From the NCBI RefSeq assembly GCF_009914755.1, contig NC_060925.1: a stretch of 64,000 bases of DNA; one strand, 5' to 3'. The notes under the pieces were generated by a model. That model was not told the DNA's origin, did not search any database, and was given only the letters and a program-made list of their open reading frames with translations. Position numbers and translations under genes: made by a program. This document shows, in pieces, positions 25,101-39,626 of this stretch (its first letter is position 1; the number at the start of each line of letters is the position of its first letter). This DNA comes from the human T2T-CHM13v2.0 reference genome, Homo sapiens.

Positions 25101-28100
25101 ATCTTAGTTATTTCTTGCCGTCTGCTAGCTTTTGAATTTGTTTGCTCTTGCTTCTCTAGTTCTTTTAATTGTGATGTTAGGGTGTTGATTTTAGATCTTT
25201 CCCACTTTCTCCTGTAGACATTTAGTGCATAAATTTTTCCTTTAAACACTGCTTTAGCTGTGTCCCAGAGATTCTGGTACATTGTGTCTTTGTTCTCATT
25301 GGTTACAAAGAACATATTTTTTTTTGCCTTAATTTCACTGTTTACCCAGTAGTCATTCAGGAACAGGTCGTTTAGTTTCCTTGTAGTTGTGTGGTTTTGC
25401 ACGAGTTTCTTAATCCTGAGTTCTCTTTTGATTGCCTGTGGTCTGAGAGACTGTTTGTTATGAAATCTGTTCTCTTGCATTTGCTGAGGAATATTTTACT
25501 TCCAGTTATGTGGTTAATTTTAGAATAAGGGCAACATGGTGCTGAAAAGAATGTATATTCTGTTGATTTGGGATGGAGAGTTCTGTAGATGTCTATTAGG
25601 TCTGCTTGGTCTAGAGCTGAGTTCGAGTCCTGAATATCCTTGTTTATTTTCTGTCTCATTGATCTGTCTAATATTGACCGTGGGGTGTTAAAGTCTCCCA
25701 GTATTATTGTGTTAGAGTCTAAGTCTTTTTGTAGGTCTCTAAGAACTTGCTTTATGAATCTGGGTGCTCCTGTATCGGGTGCATATATATTTAGGATAGT
25801 TAGCTCTTGTTGTTGCATTGATCCCTTTATCATTATGTAATGCCCTTCTTTGTCTTTTTTGTTCTTTGTTGGTTTAAAGTCTGTTTTATCAGAGACTACA
25901 ATTGCAATCTCTGCTTTTTTTGCTTTCCATTTGCTTGGTAAATATTCTTCCATCCTTTTATTTTGAGCCTATGTGTGTCTTTGCACATGCAATGGGTCTC
26001 CTGAATACACTACACCGATGATTCTTGACTCTTTATTCAATTTGCCAGTCTGTGTCTTTTAATTGAGGGTGCTTAGCCAGTTTACATTTAAGGTTAATAT
26101 TGTTTTGTGTCAATTTGATTCTGTCATTATGATGCTAGCTGTTTTTTTTTTTTTTTTTTTTTTTTTTGCTCCTTATTTGATGCAGTTTCTTCATAGTGCT
26201 GATGGACTTTACAATTTGGTATGTTTTTGCAGTGGCTGGTACCAGTTTTTGCTTTGCATATATATTGCTTCCTTCACATGCTCTTGTAAGGCAGGCCTGG
26301 TGGTGACAATATCTCTCAGCATTTGCTTGTCTGTAAAGGCTTTTACTTCTACTTTGCTTATGAAGCTTAGTTTGGTTGGATATAAAATTCTGGGTTGAAA
26401 ATTCTTTTCTTTAAGAATGTTGAATATTGGCCCCCACTCTCTTCTGGCTTGTAGGGTTTCTGCTGAGAGATCTGCTGTTTTTCTGATGGGCCTCCTTTTG
26501 TGGGTAACCCGACCTTTCTCTCTGGCTGCCCTTTACATTTTTTCCTTCATTTCAACCTTAGTGAATCTGACAATTATGTGTCTTGGGGTTGCTCTTCTCG
26601 AGGAGTATCTTTGTGGTGTTCTCTGTATTTCCTGAATTTGGATGTTGGCCTGTCTTGCTATTTTGGGGAAGTTCTCCTGGATAATACCCTCAAGAATGTT
26701 TTCCAACTTGGTTCCCTTTGCCCTGTCACTTTCAGGTACACCAGTCAAATGTAGATTTGGTCTTTTCACATAGTCCCAGATTTTTTGGAGACTTTGTTCA
26801 TTCCTTTTCATTCTTTTTTCTCTAATCTTGTCTTCATGCTTTATTTCATTAAGTTGATCTTCAATCTCTGATTGAATTTCTTTCTTCGGCTGGATCGATT
26901 CAGCTATTGATATTTGTGTATGCTTCACAAAGTTCTCCTGCTGTGTTTTTCATCTCCATCAGGTCATTTATGTTCTTCTCAAAACTGGTTATACTAGTTA
27001 GCAATAACTCTAACCTTCTTTTGAGATTCTTAGCTTCCTTGCATTGGGTTAGAACATGCTCCTTTAGCTCGGAGGAGTTTGTTGTTACCCACCTTCTAAA
27101 GCCTTCTTCTGTCAATTTGTCACACTCATTCTCTGTCCAGTTTTTTTCCCTTGCTGGCAGGGAGTTGTGATCCTTTAGAGGAGAAGAAGCATTCGGGTTT
27201 CTGGAATTTTCAGCCTTTTTGCACTGGTTTTTCCACATCTTTGTGGGTTTACCTACCTTTGGTCTTTGATGTTGGTGTCCTTTGGATGGGGTTTCTGTGT
27301 GGATGTCCTTTTTGTTGATGTTGATGCTATTCCTTTCTGTTTGTTAGTTTTCCTTCTAACAGTCAGGCCCCTCTGTTGCAGGTCTGCTGGAGTTTGCTGG
27401 AGGTTCACTCCAGATCCTGTTTGCCTGGGTATCACCAGCAGAGTCTGCAAAACAGCAAAGATTGTTGCTTGTTCCTTCCTCTGGAAGCTTCATCCCAGAG
27501 GGACACCAAATACCAGCCAGAGCTGTCCTGTATGAGGTGTCTGTCAACCCCTGCTGGGAGGTGTCTCCTAGTCAGGAGCTATGGGGGTCAGGGACCCACT
27601 TGAGGAGGCAGTCTGACCCTTAGCAGAGCTCAAGGGCTCTGTTGGGAGATCTGCTGCTCTCTTCAGAGCTGGCAGGCAGGAAGGTTTCTGTCTGCTGAAA
27701 CTGCACTCACAGCTGCTCCTTCTCCCAGGTGCTCTGTCCCAGGGAGATGGGAGTTTTATCTATAACCCTTGACTGGGGCTGCTGACTTTCTTTCAGAGAT
27801 GCCCTGCCCAGAGAGGAGGAATCTAGAGAGGCAGCCTGGCTACAGTGGCTTTGCCGAGCTGTAGTGGGCTCCACCCAGTTCGAACTTACCAGTGGCTTTG
27901 TTTACACTGTGAGGGGAAAACCACCTACTCAAACCTCAGTAATGGTGGACAACCCTCCCCCCACCAAGCTCGAGTGTCCCAGATCGACTACAGACTGCTG
28001 TGCTGGCAGCGAGAATTTCAAGCCAGTGGATCTTAGCTTGCTGGACTCCGTGGAGGTGGAATCCCCTGAGCTAGTCCACTTGGCTCGCTGACTTCAGCTC

Positions 28101-28588
28101 TCTTTCCACGGGAGTGAACAGTTCTGTCTCACTGGTGTTCCTGGAACCACTGGGGTATGAAAAAAAACAAAAAAACAAAAAAACTGCCGCTAGCTAGCTG
28201 TCTGCCCAAACAGCTACCCAGTTTTGTGCTTGAAACCCAGGGCCCTGGTGGTGGAGGCACCTGAGGGAATCTCCTGGTCTGTGGGTTGTGAAGACTGTGG
28301 GAAAAGCATAGTATCTGGGTGGGAATGCACTGTCCCTCATGGCATGGTCCCTCAGGGCTTCCCTTGCCTAGGGGAGGGAGCTCCCCAACCCCTTACCCTT
28401 CCCAGGTGAGGCAATGCCCCACCCTGCTTTGGCTCACCCTCTGTGGGCTGCACTCACTGTCTAACAAGTCCCAGTGAGATGAGCCAGGTACCTCAGTTGG
28501 AAATGCAGAAATCATCCACCTTCTGTGCTGATCTCACTGGGAGCTGTAGACTGTAGCTGTTCCTATTCAGCCATCTTGCCAGCCACCT
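22103..28588 (-). mobile_element. Full-length (~6.5 kb) L1PA7-like LINE-1, both ORFs disrupted
   Basis: 5' end ggtggctggcaagatggctgaataggaacagct; ORF1 about 27238-26209 (MWKNQCKKAEN...); ORF2 about 26127-22312 (EN and RT peptides in the ORF track); 3' UTR. TSD AATTAATATAATTTC at 22088-22102 and 28589-28603 with a TT/GAAA endonuclease site. Confidence 0.97.
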
Positions 28589-28789
28589 AATTAATATAAT
28601 TTCAACATCACTTTCCATCCCTATGTCAGTGGGTATTAAGGACTTCTAACAATACTTCGGTGATTAGTAAGAGCTCACCAATAATCTGGTTGATGAAGAA
28701 ATAATGATACCAAAAACAAAAATGTTACTGAGAGCAACAAATGATGCCCAGAGAAGTAAGAAGCAAGAAGAGTGGCATTTAACATACCA

Positions 28790-29322
28790 AAATGCTGGAC
28801 ATTTGGTTTTTGTGGTTCACTCCCACTACTTATCCTAATAGTGGCCCAACTTTATTTTGGTTTGTTTTGTCTCCAGTCTCATCTAATTGCTTCATCCTAA
28901 AGTTTCAGAGAGCAATAGGTGCCATGCACTAACTCAGGTGGTCAGGACATTGGAGTTTCTTTGCTAAAATATCAGGTTAAGGATGGGCATATGCTCCAAT
29001 TCTGGACAATCAGGAGCAAAAAAATTCCATCTAATGATGCTTATTTTAACATCTGATGAAACAAATTCTCTCTTCCTCTTGACTAGATTTTATAAGCTGA
29101 AAGTATCGAGACTACTGTGTTTAGCCTAAAAATAGAACCAAGTCACAAGAAGCAGCTCTATGAGATGCATCCAGATAATAGTTTGAACTTTGAATCAAGC
29201 TGTACCTGAAACCATTATACCACCAGATTTCTTAGCTTATGTGGGACAATAGATTTATTGCTTGCTAGTGCCAGTTTGAATTGGATTATCTGTTATTTAC
29301 AACCCAAAAATTCCTAAATAAT
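28790..29322 (+). mobile_element. MaLR LTR (MLT1-like)
   Basis: 3' end ccagtttgaattggattatctgttatttacaacccaaaaattcctaaataata and internal tcaagctgtacctgaa. Confidence 0.6.
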
Positions 29323-30924
29323 AAGAACATATCTCATTTCAGAAAGGATTTGAGATGATTTAAAATAGGTACTATTAAGGCAAGAATAAACATATTACAT
29401 AGATATGTTAACAAATTAGGGCAAAGGTAAAGTAATGATGTACTAATAAGGTGAATTTTGGAGGACTCATGACATAGAAATATATTCCATGAGGCCCAAT
29501 TTATTTACTAAATTTTAGACCAAAAATTAAACAGCAAATTTCACACTAGCTAATTCAATAGACAATATAAATATGTAAAAGTCATGTTGTTCACAGGTAT
29601 AAAACATGCGAGGAATGTGATTTCTAATAGGGAAGTGTTGGCCATATTAATGAAACCCTAAGTAGTTATTGGATATCTGAGTAGAACGGAAGAAGTACTA
29701 TGAAATAATGTGGCTGTACCACACCTTAAATATCAGATTTATAGCCTAAGTGAAAAGCATAGGTTTATTTATCTTGCCTCAGCCCACCCAGATGTCTGGT
29801 TTATGTGAATCATTACTCTGGATGAAGATTGTCCAGACCTTCCCTAGTACAATTCCCACTCTCCAACCTCTTCAGGGCCTCAGGAGTTCGAGATGACAAA
29901 GGACAAGACATGAGGACTTACTGTGACTTATTTCCAAACATCCCAGCCCATTTACCCATATTTCCTCTCCCTTCCGTAAAACAGACACAAGAGTGTGGTT
30001 CTGCAGCCCTTGAACTGAATAACTTCAACTTCTGTTATTTTGCTCCAAAGAGCATTTCAAAATCACCTGACATTTCCATACCACCCACCTTATTTTTCTC
30101 TTCTCTTCTCAATAGTTCCTTCTTTTAAAATTATGCCTGGCATTCCTTCACATCTTTGTTTGTTCTTCTTTTTCGTGGTCTGAATTTCAGAGACCTATCT
30201 CACTTCCTTGCTCTACAGGCATCTCTCCAAGAAGAACTAAAAGGATGAAAGCCAAATATCCCTCTTTTGCTCAGTTTTTCTCCTTCCACATCCTCTATAT
30301 TCGTCCTCCTGCACAGTCAGGATAAGTCTCAGCCTGAAATGGGAATAGTTGAAAAGGAGAGGAGAGGAGGAAATAAGTAATCCATTCTAAGTGTCAGATC
30401 TCTGAAGTTCAATTTTGTCTCTGGGCTGTGGACCAGATGGCTCATAGCCAGGCCCCCAGTGTGTTTTTAGGTTGAGGGCAGGTTGTGAAAAATAACAGAG
30501 AGAAATGCCTAATGCCAGCATACAAATGGATATTGGTATAAGTTCATTTTTCAAAATAGGAAGTAACTGACACATGATAATCGATTATAAAAATAATCAA
30601 AATCATTGTAGAAATGTATTTATTCATTTATTTGTTAGATACTTTTGCTATAAACAGAAGGTTAAACATTTTATTAAGTATGTATTTACTGAATAACTAC
30701 TCTATGACTTAGACTATTCTGATAGTTCTGGGGTTGTAAAGATAAATGAGATACAGTTCTTGTCCTCATGGAGTTTTAATATATTTATGGAGTAAGAAAC
30801 AATTAGAAAACAATAGTGTTTTGTATATTAAACTAACAATTTATATCCATAAACTAGAAATTGTCCATTATTCCTTTGCCTTTGTATTTTCAATTTAGCC
30901 TTTCAATCTGATTCTTTCCTAAAT

Positions 30925-32750
30925 TTTAAGAAACTTTTATTATAGTGTAACATACACAAAAGTACACAAATCAAAGTCTGTACCTGGATTCACAAAGTGA
31001 CACACACCAATCCACAATGAAATTTAGAAGTAGAACATTACCCACTTTCTTGCCTGAGAAACCATTATTCTGAACTTCTATGGTCATATGTTTGTTTTTC
31101 CAGTTTTTGAAATTTATCAGGGTGGAATTACAGAGTATATAAGATTTTTGTTTAGTTTTCTTTCACTTAAATAATGTTTGTGAGATTTACCCATATTAGT
31201 AAATATAATAGTAAAATTTCACTGTTGCACAAAAATAAATTATATGAGTGTACTTCAATTTATTTGTTCTACCATTGATGGATATTTAGGTTATTTCCAG
31301 GTTTGGGCTATAGTGGAAAGCAGTGCTGGGAACATACTTGTACGCTTTAAGTAACATATCACTCAATTTATTTGGTATCCACTAACAGTGAAACCACTGA
31401 GTCACAGCATATTGCTGTAGATTAAATTTTTAGCCACAATTCTTTATTCCTTTCTATGTCATTTGCTATATGACTTTGCAGTTTCTCTTATGAGAGGCAG
31501 AATGTAACTTCCTAACCCTAAACTTTGGGCTTTTATGGGATTTATATTAACCAATGAAATGTGGGCAGAAGTCATAGCCAGTTTCAAACCTTGGCCAAAA
31601 GAAACATTGCAAGTTTTCTGCCATCACCATGAAAAGAGTTTTTTCCCAAGTAGCTTCTGTTCTTTTAACCTGAGCTCTAGGATGAATATATCTGATGCAA
31701 ATCTAACCCCAATCTACCAAAAGGAGTCAAACCCAAGTGACATGAAGCTTGAAGGAGAGCCGCTATTCTAAGCCCAGCTTAGATCTCTAAATTGACTTGC
31801 AGACACAAAAGCAAATAAAAAAAATTTAAAAATGTGGTTAAAAACCAAATAACGTAAAATTCACCAACTCAACCATTTTAAGTGTAAAGTTCAGTAGTGT
31901 CAAGTATATTCCTATTACTGTAAAATAGATCTCCAGAACTTGTTCATCTTGCAAATCAGAAACTCTGCACCTATTAAACAACTTCTCTTTTCCTAAGTGA
32001 AATAGAACAGCCACAAAAAGGCAAGCAAGGACTTTAACTTGTGTTTGGAAGTGGTGTGTTACACAGCAAAAGGTAAATAAAAGTATATACATGTTCTAGT
32101 ATACTATTCTCTGCCAAATAGTTTTTCAAAGTGGCTGTATAAATTTACACTCATGCCAGCATTGTATGGAAATTCCAGTTGCTTCTCATCTGTAACATTT
32201 GCTATTGCAACTCATTTTTATTTGAGAAATTCTGATGAGTATGTGTAATTAGACTTTCCTTTTCATGATATTAGTGACATTGAGCACATTTTCATGTTTA
32301 CCAGCCACCTGAATTTCCTCTTTCTTGAAAGTCTTGTTTGATATTTTGTGCACTATAGGGATATTCATTTTTATTATTGATCCAAAATATTTTATATGAT
32401 ATCAATACTTTATTGATTACATGTACTTCAAATATTTTGTGTGACTTTGTAAATTTCATTTTCACTCAGTTGAAGATGTCTTTTGATGAACATGTTTACC
32501 TATTGTTTAGCTGTCACTTATAAGTAAGAACATGTGGTATTTGACTTAGACTTTTGTTCTCTTTGACTTTTTAAACAAAAGATTACTTCTGTACTCTTTG
32601 ACTTCTTGTATTTTCATATTTCGTATTCCTAGGCATAGTAATTCTTTCTGCTGACATACAGAAATAGAATTTATTTTTGTATTACCAGCTTTGTATAAGG
32701 CAATCATGTAAATACATTTCATTTTTAATTCTTATATTTATCTGCCTATT
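30925..32750 (-). mobile_element. Old L1ME-like element interrupted by an MLT1 LTR (about 31415-32085), itself interrupted by an L1 3' fragment (about 31815-31995)
   Basis: Antisense L1 3' phrases (ttgatggatatttaggttatttccagg) resume after the LTR (gccaaatagtttttcaaagtggctgta). LTR phrases tgactttgcagtttctc and ccaatgaaatgtgggcagaagt. Confidence 0.55.
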
Positions 32751-34264
32751 CTCATGTAATTTTGTTTTTGTATCTCTGTACTGTTTATGTATTTATTAAG
32801 GTACAATTGACAGAAATTATATATATATATATTTCATATCCAATGTGAAGTTTTGATATACAAATACATTTTTCAATAATTGGTACAATCAAACTAATCA
32901 ATATACCTGTCACCTCACATAGTTACCTTTTTTTCATGTGTGTGTGGTGAGAATACTTACTGTCAACAACTTTTCAAGTATAAAATACATTATTGACCGT
33001 AGTCAACATTCTGTACATTAAAATATCTAAAGCTTATGTATCTTATAACTGAAAGTTCGTAACTTTTGACCAAAATGTTCTCATTTCCCCCACCTCCTTG
33101 CCTCTAGCAACCACCCTTCTACTCTGCTCTTATAAGTTTGAATATTTTAGATTCCACATATAAGTTAGATCATGCAGTATTTATCTTTCTTTGCTTGATT
33201 TATTGTACTTAGCAAAATGTCCTCTAGGTTCATCCACGTTGTTGTAAATGGCAGAATTTCCTTCTTTTTAAAGGCTGAATGGTATTCTATTGTATAAAAG
33301 TATATACCACATCTACTTTAGCCCTTTGTCTATTGAAGGACATTTCATTGTTTCATATCTTAACTATTGTAAATAATGTTGCAATGAACATGGGAATTCC
33401 GATCTCTCTTTGAGATAGTGATTTTATTTTCATTGGATATATACTCAGAAGTGGTACTGCTACATCATATGGTGGTTTTATTTTTAATTTTTTGAGGACA
33501 TTCTATACTGTTTTCTTTAATGGCTATACCAATTTACTTTGCCACTAACAATATACAGGGGTTCCCTTTTTTTTGCATTCTTTCCAACACTTGTTATCTT
33601 TTGATTTTTTGACAATAGCCATTCTAACAGGCGTGAGGTAACATATCATTGTGGTCATCTGCATTTCCCTGATTAGTCATGTTGAACACCATTTCATATA
33701 CCTTTTGGCCATTTGTTTGTCTTCTTTGGAAAAATATGTCTACTCAGATCCTTTAGCCATTTTAAAATGACATTGTTTATTTGTATTTCTGTAGAGCGAT
33801 ATGAGTTCCTTATGTATTTTGGATATTAACCCTGTATCAGATTTATGGATTACAAATATGTTTTCTCCTTCTGTAGTTTGCCTTTTCATCTTGTTGAGTA
33901 TTTCTTTTTCTGTGTCCTTAACAAATTAAGGATAGAAGAAATGTACCTTAGTACAATATAGGTCATATATGGCAAGCTCACAGCTAACATTATACTGCAT
34001 AATAAAACCTTTTCTTCTAAATCTGGAACAAGACAAGGATGTCCACTCTCGTCAGTTCTACTCAACCTAGTGCTGAAAGTCTTAGCCAGAGCAATTACGG
34101 AAGGAAAAGCAATAAAAGTCATCCAAATCAGAAATAAAGAAGTAAAATTATTTCTGTTTGAAAATTACATAGTATTATATCTAGAAAATAAAAACTTCAC
34201 CAGAAAACTATTAATATCAAAAAATGAATTCAGTAAAGTTGCAAGGTACAAAATCGACATATGT

Positions 34265-34812
34265 AAGTCATTCTACCAAAAAGACACATGAACTTGCATG
34301 TTCATTGCCATGCTATTCACAATAGCAAAGACATGGACTAAACCTAAATGTCTATCAGTGTTGAACTGGATAAAGAAAATGTGGTACATATACACCATAG
34401 AATGCTATGCAGCCACAAATAGAAGGAAATAATATCCTTTGCATGATAGATGTCCTTTGCAACAACATAGATGCAGCTAGAAGTCATAATCCTAAGCAAA
34501 TTAATTTAGGAACAGAAAACCAAATACTGCATGTTCTCTCTTATAAGTGGGAGCTAAAATATTGAACACACATGGACATAACATGGAACAATATTCACTG
34601 AGAGCTACATATCCAAACATGGGATCAATATTCACTGTAAACTACTAGAGGAGGAAGTGAAAAGGGGGGTCATGAGTTTAAAAACTTCCTATTGATTACT
34701 ATGCTCACTAGCTGGGTGATGGGATCTGTACTCCAAAGCTCAGCATCACACAGTATACTCATGTAACAAACCTGCACATGTACTACATTTATCTAAAATT
34801 AAGAAAAAAGAA
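34265..34812 (+). mobile_element. Older L1PA-like (L1PA15/16) 3' end nested in the L1MA
   Basis: aagtcattctaccaaaaagacacatg...aacaaacctgcacatgtac plus A tail. Host ORF2 resumes at aaaaatcagttgcatttctg. Confidence 0.8.
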
Positions 34813-35674
34813 ATGTTAAAAATCAGTTGCATTTCTGTATATTAACAGCAAACTATCTGAGAAAAAAATTAAAAATGCCATAAGAAGAATGCAATATTTA
34901 AAAATAAATTTAAGGAGATTAAAAATCTATAAACTGAAATGTATAAAACATTGATGGAAAAAATTGAGGAAGAAAAAACAAATGGAAAGACATCCTATGC
35001 TTATGGACTGGAAGAATTAATATTGTCAAAATGTCCATATTACCCAAAGTGATCTACAGATTCAATGAAACTGTTATCAAAATTCCAATGGCATTTTTCA
35101 CAGAAATAGAAAAAGAATTCTAAAATTTATATGGAACCAGAAAAAGATTCTAAATAGCTAAAGAAATCTTGAGCAAAAAGAACAAAGCTGGAAGAATCAC
35201 TCTTCCTGATTTCCATTTATATTATAAAGCTATAGTAGTCAAAACTGTGTGGTACTCTCATAAAAGCAGACACATTCATCACTGAAACACAATAGAAAGC
35301 CCAGAAATAAATCCAGACATCTGTGGTTAATTGATCTTTGTCAAGGGTGTGAAGAATACACAATGGGGAAAGGGCAGTCTCTTCAAAAAATGGTGCTAGG
35401 AATATGAGATCTCCACATGCAAAATAATGAAAACTGACTTTTATACTATACACAAAAAATCAACTCAAAATTGATTAAAGGCTTAAATGTCAGACTTAAT
35501 TAAGGGCATAAACTGTAAAACTTCTAGAAGAAAAGATAGGGAAAAGTTCCATGACATTGGCTATGGCAGTGGTATTTTGGATACGATACCAAAAGTAAAG
35601 ACAATGAAAGCAAAAATAAGAAACTGGGACTACATGGAACTAAATGGTTTCTGAACAGCAAAGAAAACAATCAG

Positions 35675-36022
<348 letters not shown>

Positions 36023-36510
36023 CTATGTTACAAACAAACTACTACTCTTTTGTGTGTTTTCCTTATATTAAGAAATAACTCTAATAAAATATTGAATAGA
36101 AGCAGAGATAATGGGCACTATTGTCTCATTGCTGATATTAATGAAAAAATTTCCTCTATTTCATCAGTAAGTTTATTTATTATAGATTTTCAAAGATACT
36201 CTCAAATTAAGACAGTTTCTACTATTTTCAGTTTTATGTTTTCTCAGTTATATTTGCATGTTTAAATTAGAGATATTTTTCTGCATGTATTGATACAATA
36301 ATATTCTATATAGAATTTATAATCTGTACCTATCCACTGTATGGCCTATCATCCATCTATCTGTTGATGCATCTAGCAATCATCAAAAAGTCAATCTATT
36401 TTTCTTTTTTTTGTTTTATATATATGGTAACTTTAACATGTAAAATATATTAAGCCAAGCCACAGTTGGATAAAACCTACTTTTTCACATCAATGAATTC
36501 AATCTGACCT

Positions 36511-36793
36511 GTTTTGTTTTGTTTTGTTTTTGAGACAGCGTCTCTATCACCCAGGCTGGAATGCAGTGGTGCCTTCTCAGCTCACTGCCGCCTCGACCTC
36601 CTGGAACCACGTGATCCTTCCTCCTCATTGCCACCCAGTAGCTGGGATTACATGCATGTGCCACCACATTCTTTCTACAGACAGGGTTTCTCCATGTTGC
36701 CCAACCTGGTCTCAAACTCCTGGGCTCAAGTGATCCACCCACCTCCGCCTTCCGACATGCTGAGATTTCAGGCGTGAGCCATGGCACCTGGCC
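36511..36793 (-). mobile_element. AluJ
   Basis: Antisense Alu with a (GTTTT)n tail; TSD CAATCTGACCT at 36500-36510 and 36794-36804. Confidence 0.92.
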
Positions 36794-37289
36794 CAATCTG
36801 ACCTCTTTAACTTAACCTACAAAAGCTCTTCCCAATAGGTTTACATTTTCTGCCTTAACTTTATTAACTTCTGTCACTCCAGAGGTCTATTTTCAGGCAC
36901 ATGAGACACTTAAATTTACTCATCTAGGCGATGAGTTCTTTCTTTGCATCTGTGTACACAATGCAAAGTGCCTGAAACACTCTTTAACTTCTTAGTTTTT
37001 ACTTGTTTTTCAAGTTTAAATTTAAGTGTCACTTACTCTGAGAAGTCTTTCTCGATTCTCCACAATTCAGTTAGGTCCTTATACTATATTCAGCCTCTGA
37101 ATCACAGTTAATTATTTATTACACCGCAATGTAATTGTCTCTATTTGTCTGCAATATTTTTCCTTTCTTTGTCTTATTTACTCTCACCGTGTCTAGTGAG
37201 TGATACATGCCAAGTAGGTAATTGTTAGATAAATAAATGAAGAAGAACATAGACTATATTAGAACATAGAATAAGTATTTTCTGTCTTC

Positions 37290-37411
37290 CTTTTTTAGAG
37301 ATGGATCGTAATGTGTTGCCCAGGCTGGCCTTGAACTTCTGGGCTCAAGCAACCTTTCCTGTTTGAGCCTCTGGAGTAACTGGGAGAACAGGCACAGGAC
37401 ACCCTACCTGC
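37290..37411 (-). mobile_element. Alu monomer (FLAM-like)
   Basis: tagagatgg...tgttgcccaggctggccttgaacttctgggctcaagc; flanked by TAGAATAAGT repeats. Confidence 0.75.
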
Positions 37412-39318
37412 TTTAGAATAAGTCTTCAATCACTATTAAATTAAATCAGTATTAAAAGAACCATTAAAGATGCAGAAAAAAGTCCATTCAGTTTTGTGAT
37501 AATTTTTATCTACAGATAAATTAGAGAACCTTGGATTACCCAACATTTATTTTCATTTATTAATTTAAAAATGATTTTGAAAGCCTAGTATACGCCAGGT
37601 GTAGCTATCATTAATATCACCATCACCATCATGGTCATCCTCAAATGCAAATTCAGTACCAGTTGTGTTATTCTCTGAAAAAAATGGCAAGCCATCTAAG
37701 CATTCAGGGTTTAAAACAAATTTATGAACACTCTCACATCTGTAGCAAACAAAGAAGTATATATATCATATGCAAATCAGAGGGAAGTACATTTTACAGA
37801 TGTGTGTTTGTCTGGGTGTGTGTTGAGTAGGTGGACTTGAGGAAAAGTGGTGTTCTGGGAATTCTGAGGTGACAGGGAATGAAGATGAAAGTTGCCTCTC
37901 ACTCTCTTCAGCTTAACCTTTCCTATAGTAGAAACAATCACAGAAACCCCAAACTACTCTCATCAATGGGTGGTGTCAACAAACAAAGCTCAAATCCTTG
38001 AATTAAAAAAAATCTAAAATAAATGATCGTGTCCTAATTTAGCTGTCTTAATCAAAGAAATGTCCTAAGGAGGTTTTAATAATCATATTCCGATAAACTA
38101 AGAATACATTAGCAACTCAGTTTTATCCTTGGGACACTCATTGCCAAACTATTGGGTGTGGCACGTAAAAAATGCTAAAGGTAGCATTTTTTTCCAGGTA
38201 GTAAAAAAAAATCATGTTAGCATTTAGTAAATTCAACTAAGGCTTCTATCACTCTTTTATTTATTTGTTTTCTTTTTCTCCCTTCTTTCAATCCTAGCTT
38301 TTTTTCTTCTTCCTTCTCCTTATATTCTGCATTCTAATGTCTTTCTTTATCTCTCAACATTACATATAGCATACAAATAATAATTAAAATATATCAAATA
38401 CATACGTTTCAAACTGTGTGTTAATTAAGGAATTTCCCCATTTAATTCTTACAGCAACCCTATTTTGATCACTTTCAATGTATGGTGTTTAAGTTATTGT
38501 TTCATACTTACAAGTATGTGAAGAAACCTCCTTCTAAATCCACATAATCTATTTCCCAAGCAAGAGTTATTAAACTGCATGTTGCTCAAGTGAAAAGCTA
38601 AGAAATGAAATTTTTTTGATATTAACATAATTCCATTGTTTTATTGAAACACAGCTTTAGCAAAAGCCACAGTAAACTCATTCAAATGTATATGATGCAC
38701 CTATATTGGGTGACTAAAATTTGACCCTTTCTTTCAGTGAGGCATGAGGAAAAGAAGGGACTGTGCTTTACTCTTCATTGTACTCACTACAGTGCTTGTT
38801 TCAATGCCTTGCATATGGTAGCAGGTGCATAAACAGTGCAGGGCTCTTGAATGGTCAACTTACTTTTACACTTTATCTGACATAGAGTCTAACCCTAGAT
38901 TATAGAATAAAGAAAGGAAAATGAAAGAGAAGTAAAAACAGAAGCAATTTTTCAATACCTTCTCTCAGGCAAGCATGGAATTGTTTTACATCTATTAATT
39001 TAACTAGATTTTGCAGTGGCCCACTGAGGAGGTATTAAAGGTCCTTTGTTACATAATAAATAACTAAAAATAAAAGAAGTTAAACCTGGCACAAGGGGCT
39101 TAGCTGGAAAATGATCCAAATAAAGATTAAAATCCAGGTCTTTGTGACTCCAAAGTCTGTGTTTTCTATTCTATCATCGACCTCTTAGAACTTTACCACC
39201 ACCCCCCTCATTTTTCCAGAAGCAAATTTATGTTCATTATTTAGAAACAATTTACTGCATATATTTCTTTTTAAACATATATATATATATAATATATGTG
39301 TGTATATATATGCATATG

Positions 39319-39548
39319 TAGATCAGGGGATAGAGAAGAATCAGGAGACATGAATAGTGACATACCCCAATTTAAAGATAACTGAAGTAATTTATCTTTA
39401 TTTTTGCAAGTTATTTATATTCTTTGTATTACTATGTGCAAAGAAGGTTTGTACAGTAAAGTCAAACTATGATGTGAGCTCATCTCATTGAATATTGTCA
39501 TTTTATGGAAGAACAAAATGAGGCTCAAAAAGATTAAACCATTTGCTT
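39319..39548 (+). repeat. ~230-bp direct repeat, copy 1 (downstream of OR10T1P)
   Basis: Aligns end to end with 41240-41470, about 83% identity by manual count. Confidence 0.92.
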
Positions 39549-39551
39549 TAA

Positions 39552-39626
39552 CCCATTTCCCGTTTGCCCTGAGAATTCCATAATGGCACAGAACTGCACT
39601 TTTTTTTTTCCTAAATGGGAAGTGGG
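39552..39626 (+). mobile_element. MER75A piggyBac-family MITE
   Basis: TTAA TSDs at 39548-39551 and 39627-39630. TIRs CCCATTTCCCGTTT and AAATGGGAAGTGGG (12/14 complementary). Internal ctgcacttttttt. Confidence 0.88.

Noticed and set aside
22312-27238. Active L1
   Set aside because: ORF1 and ORF2 are broken by many stops and frameshifts, and the 5' UTR is CpG-depleted.
38030-38450. Loose cluster of TAATT and TCCTTGGGA motifs as a possible OR enhancer
   Set aside because: Such short motifs are expected by chance in AT-rich DNA; no tight composite and no conservation data available.
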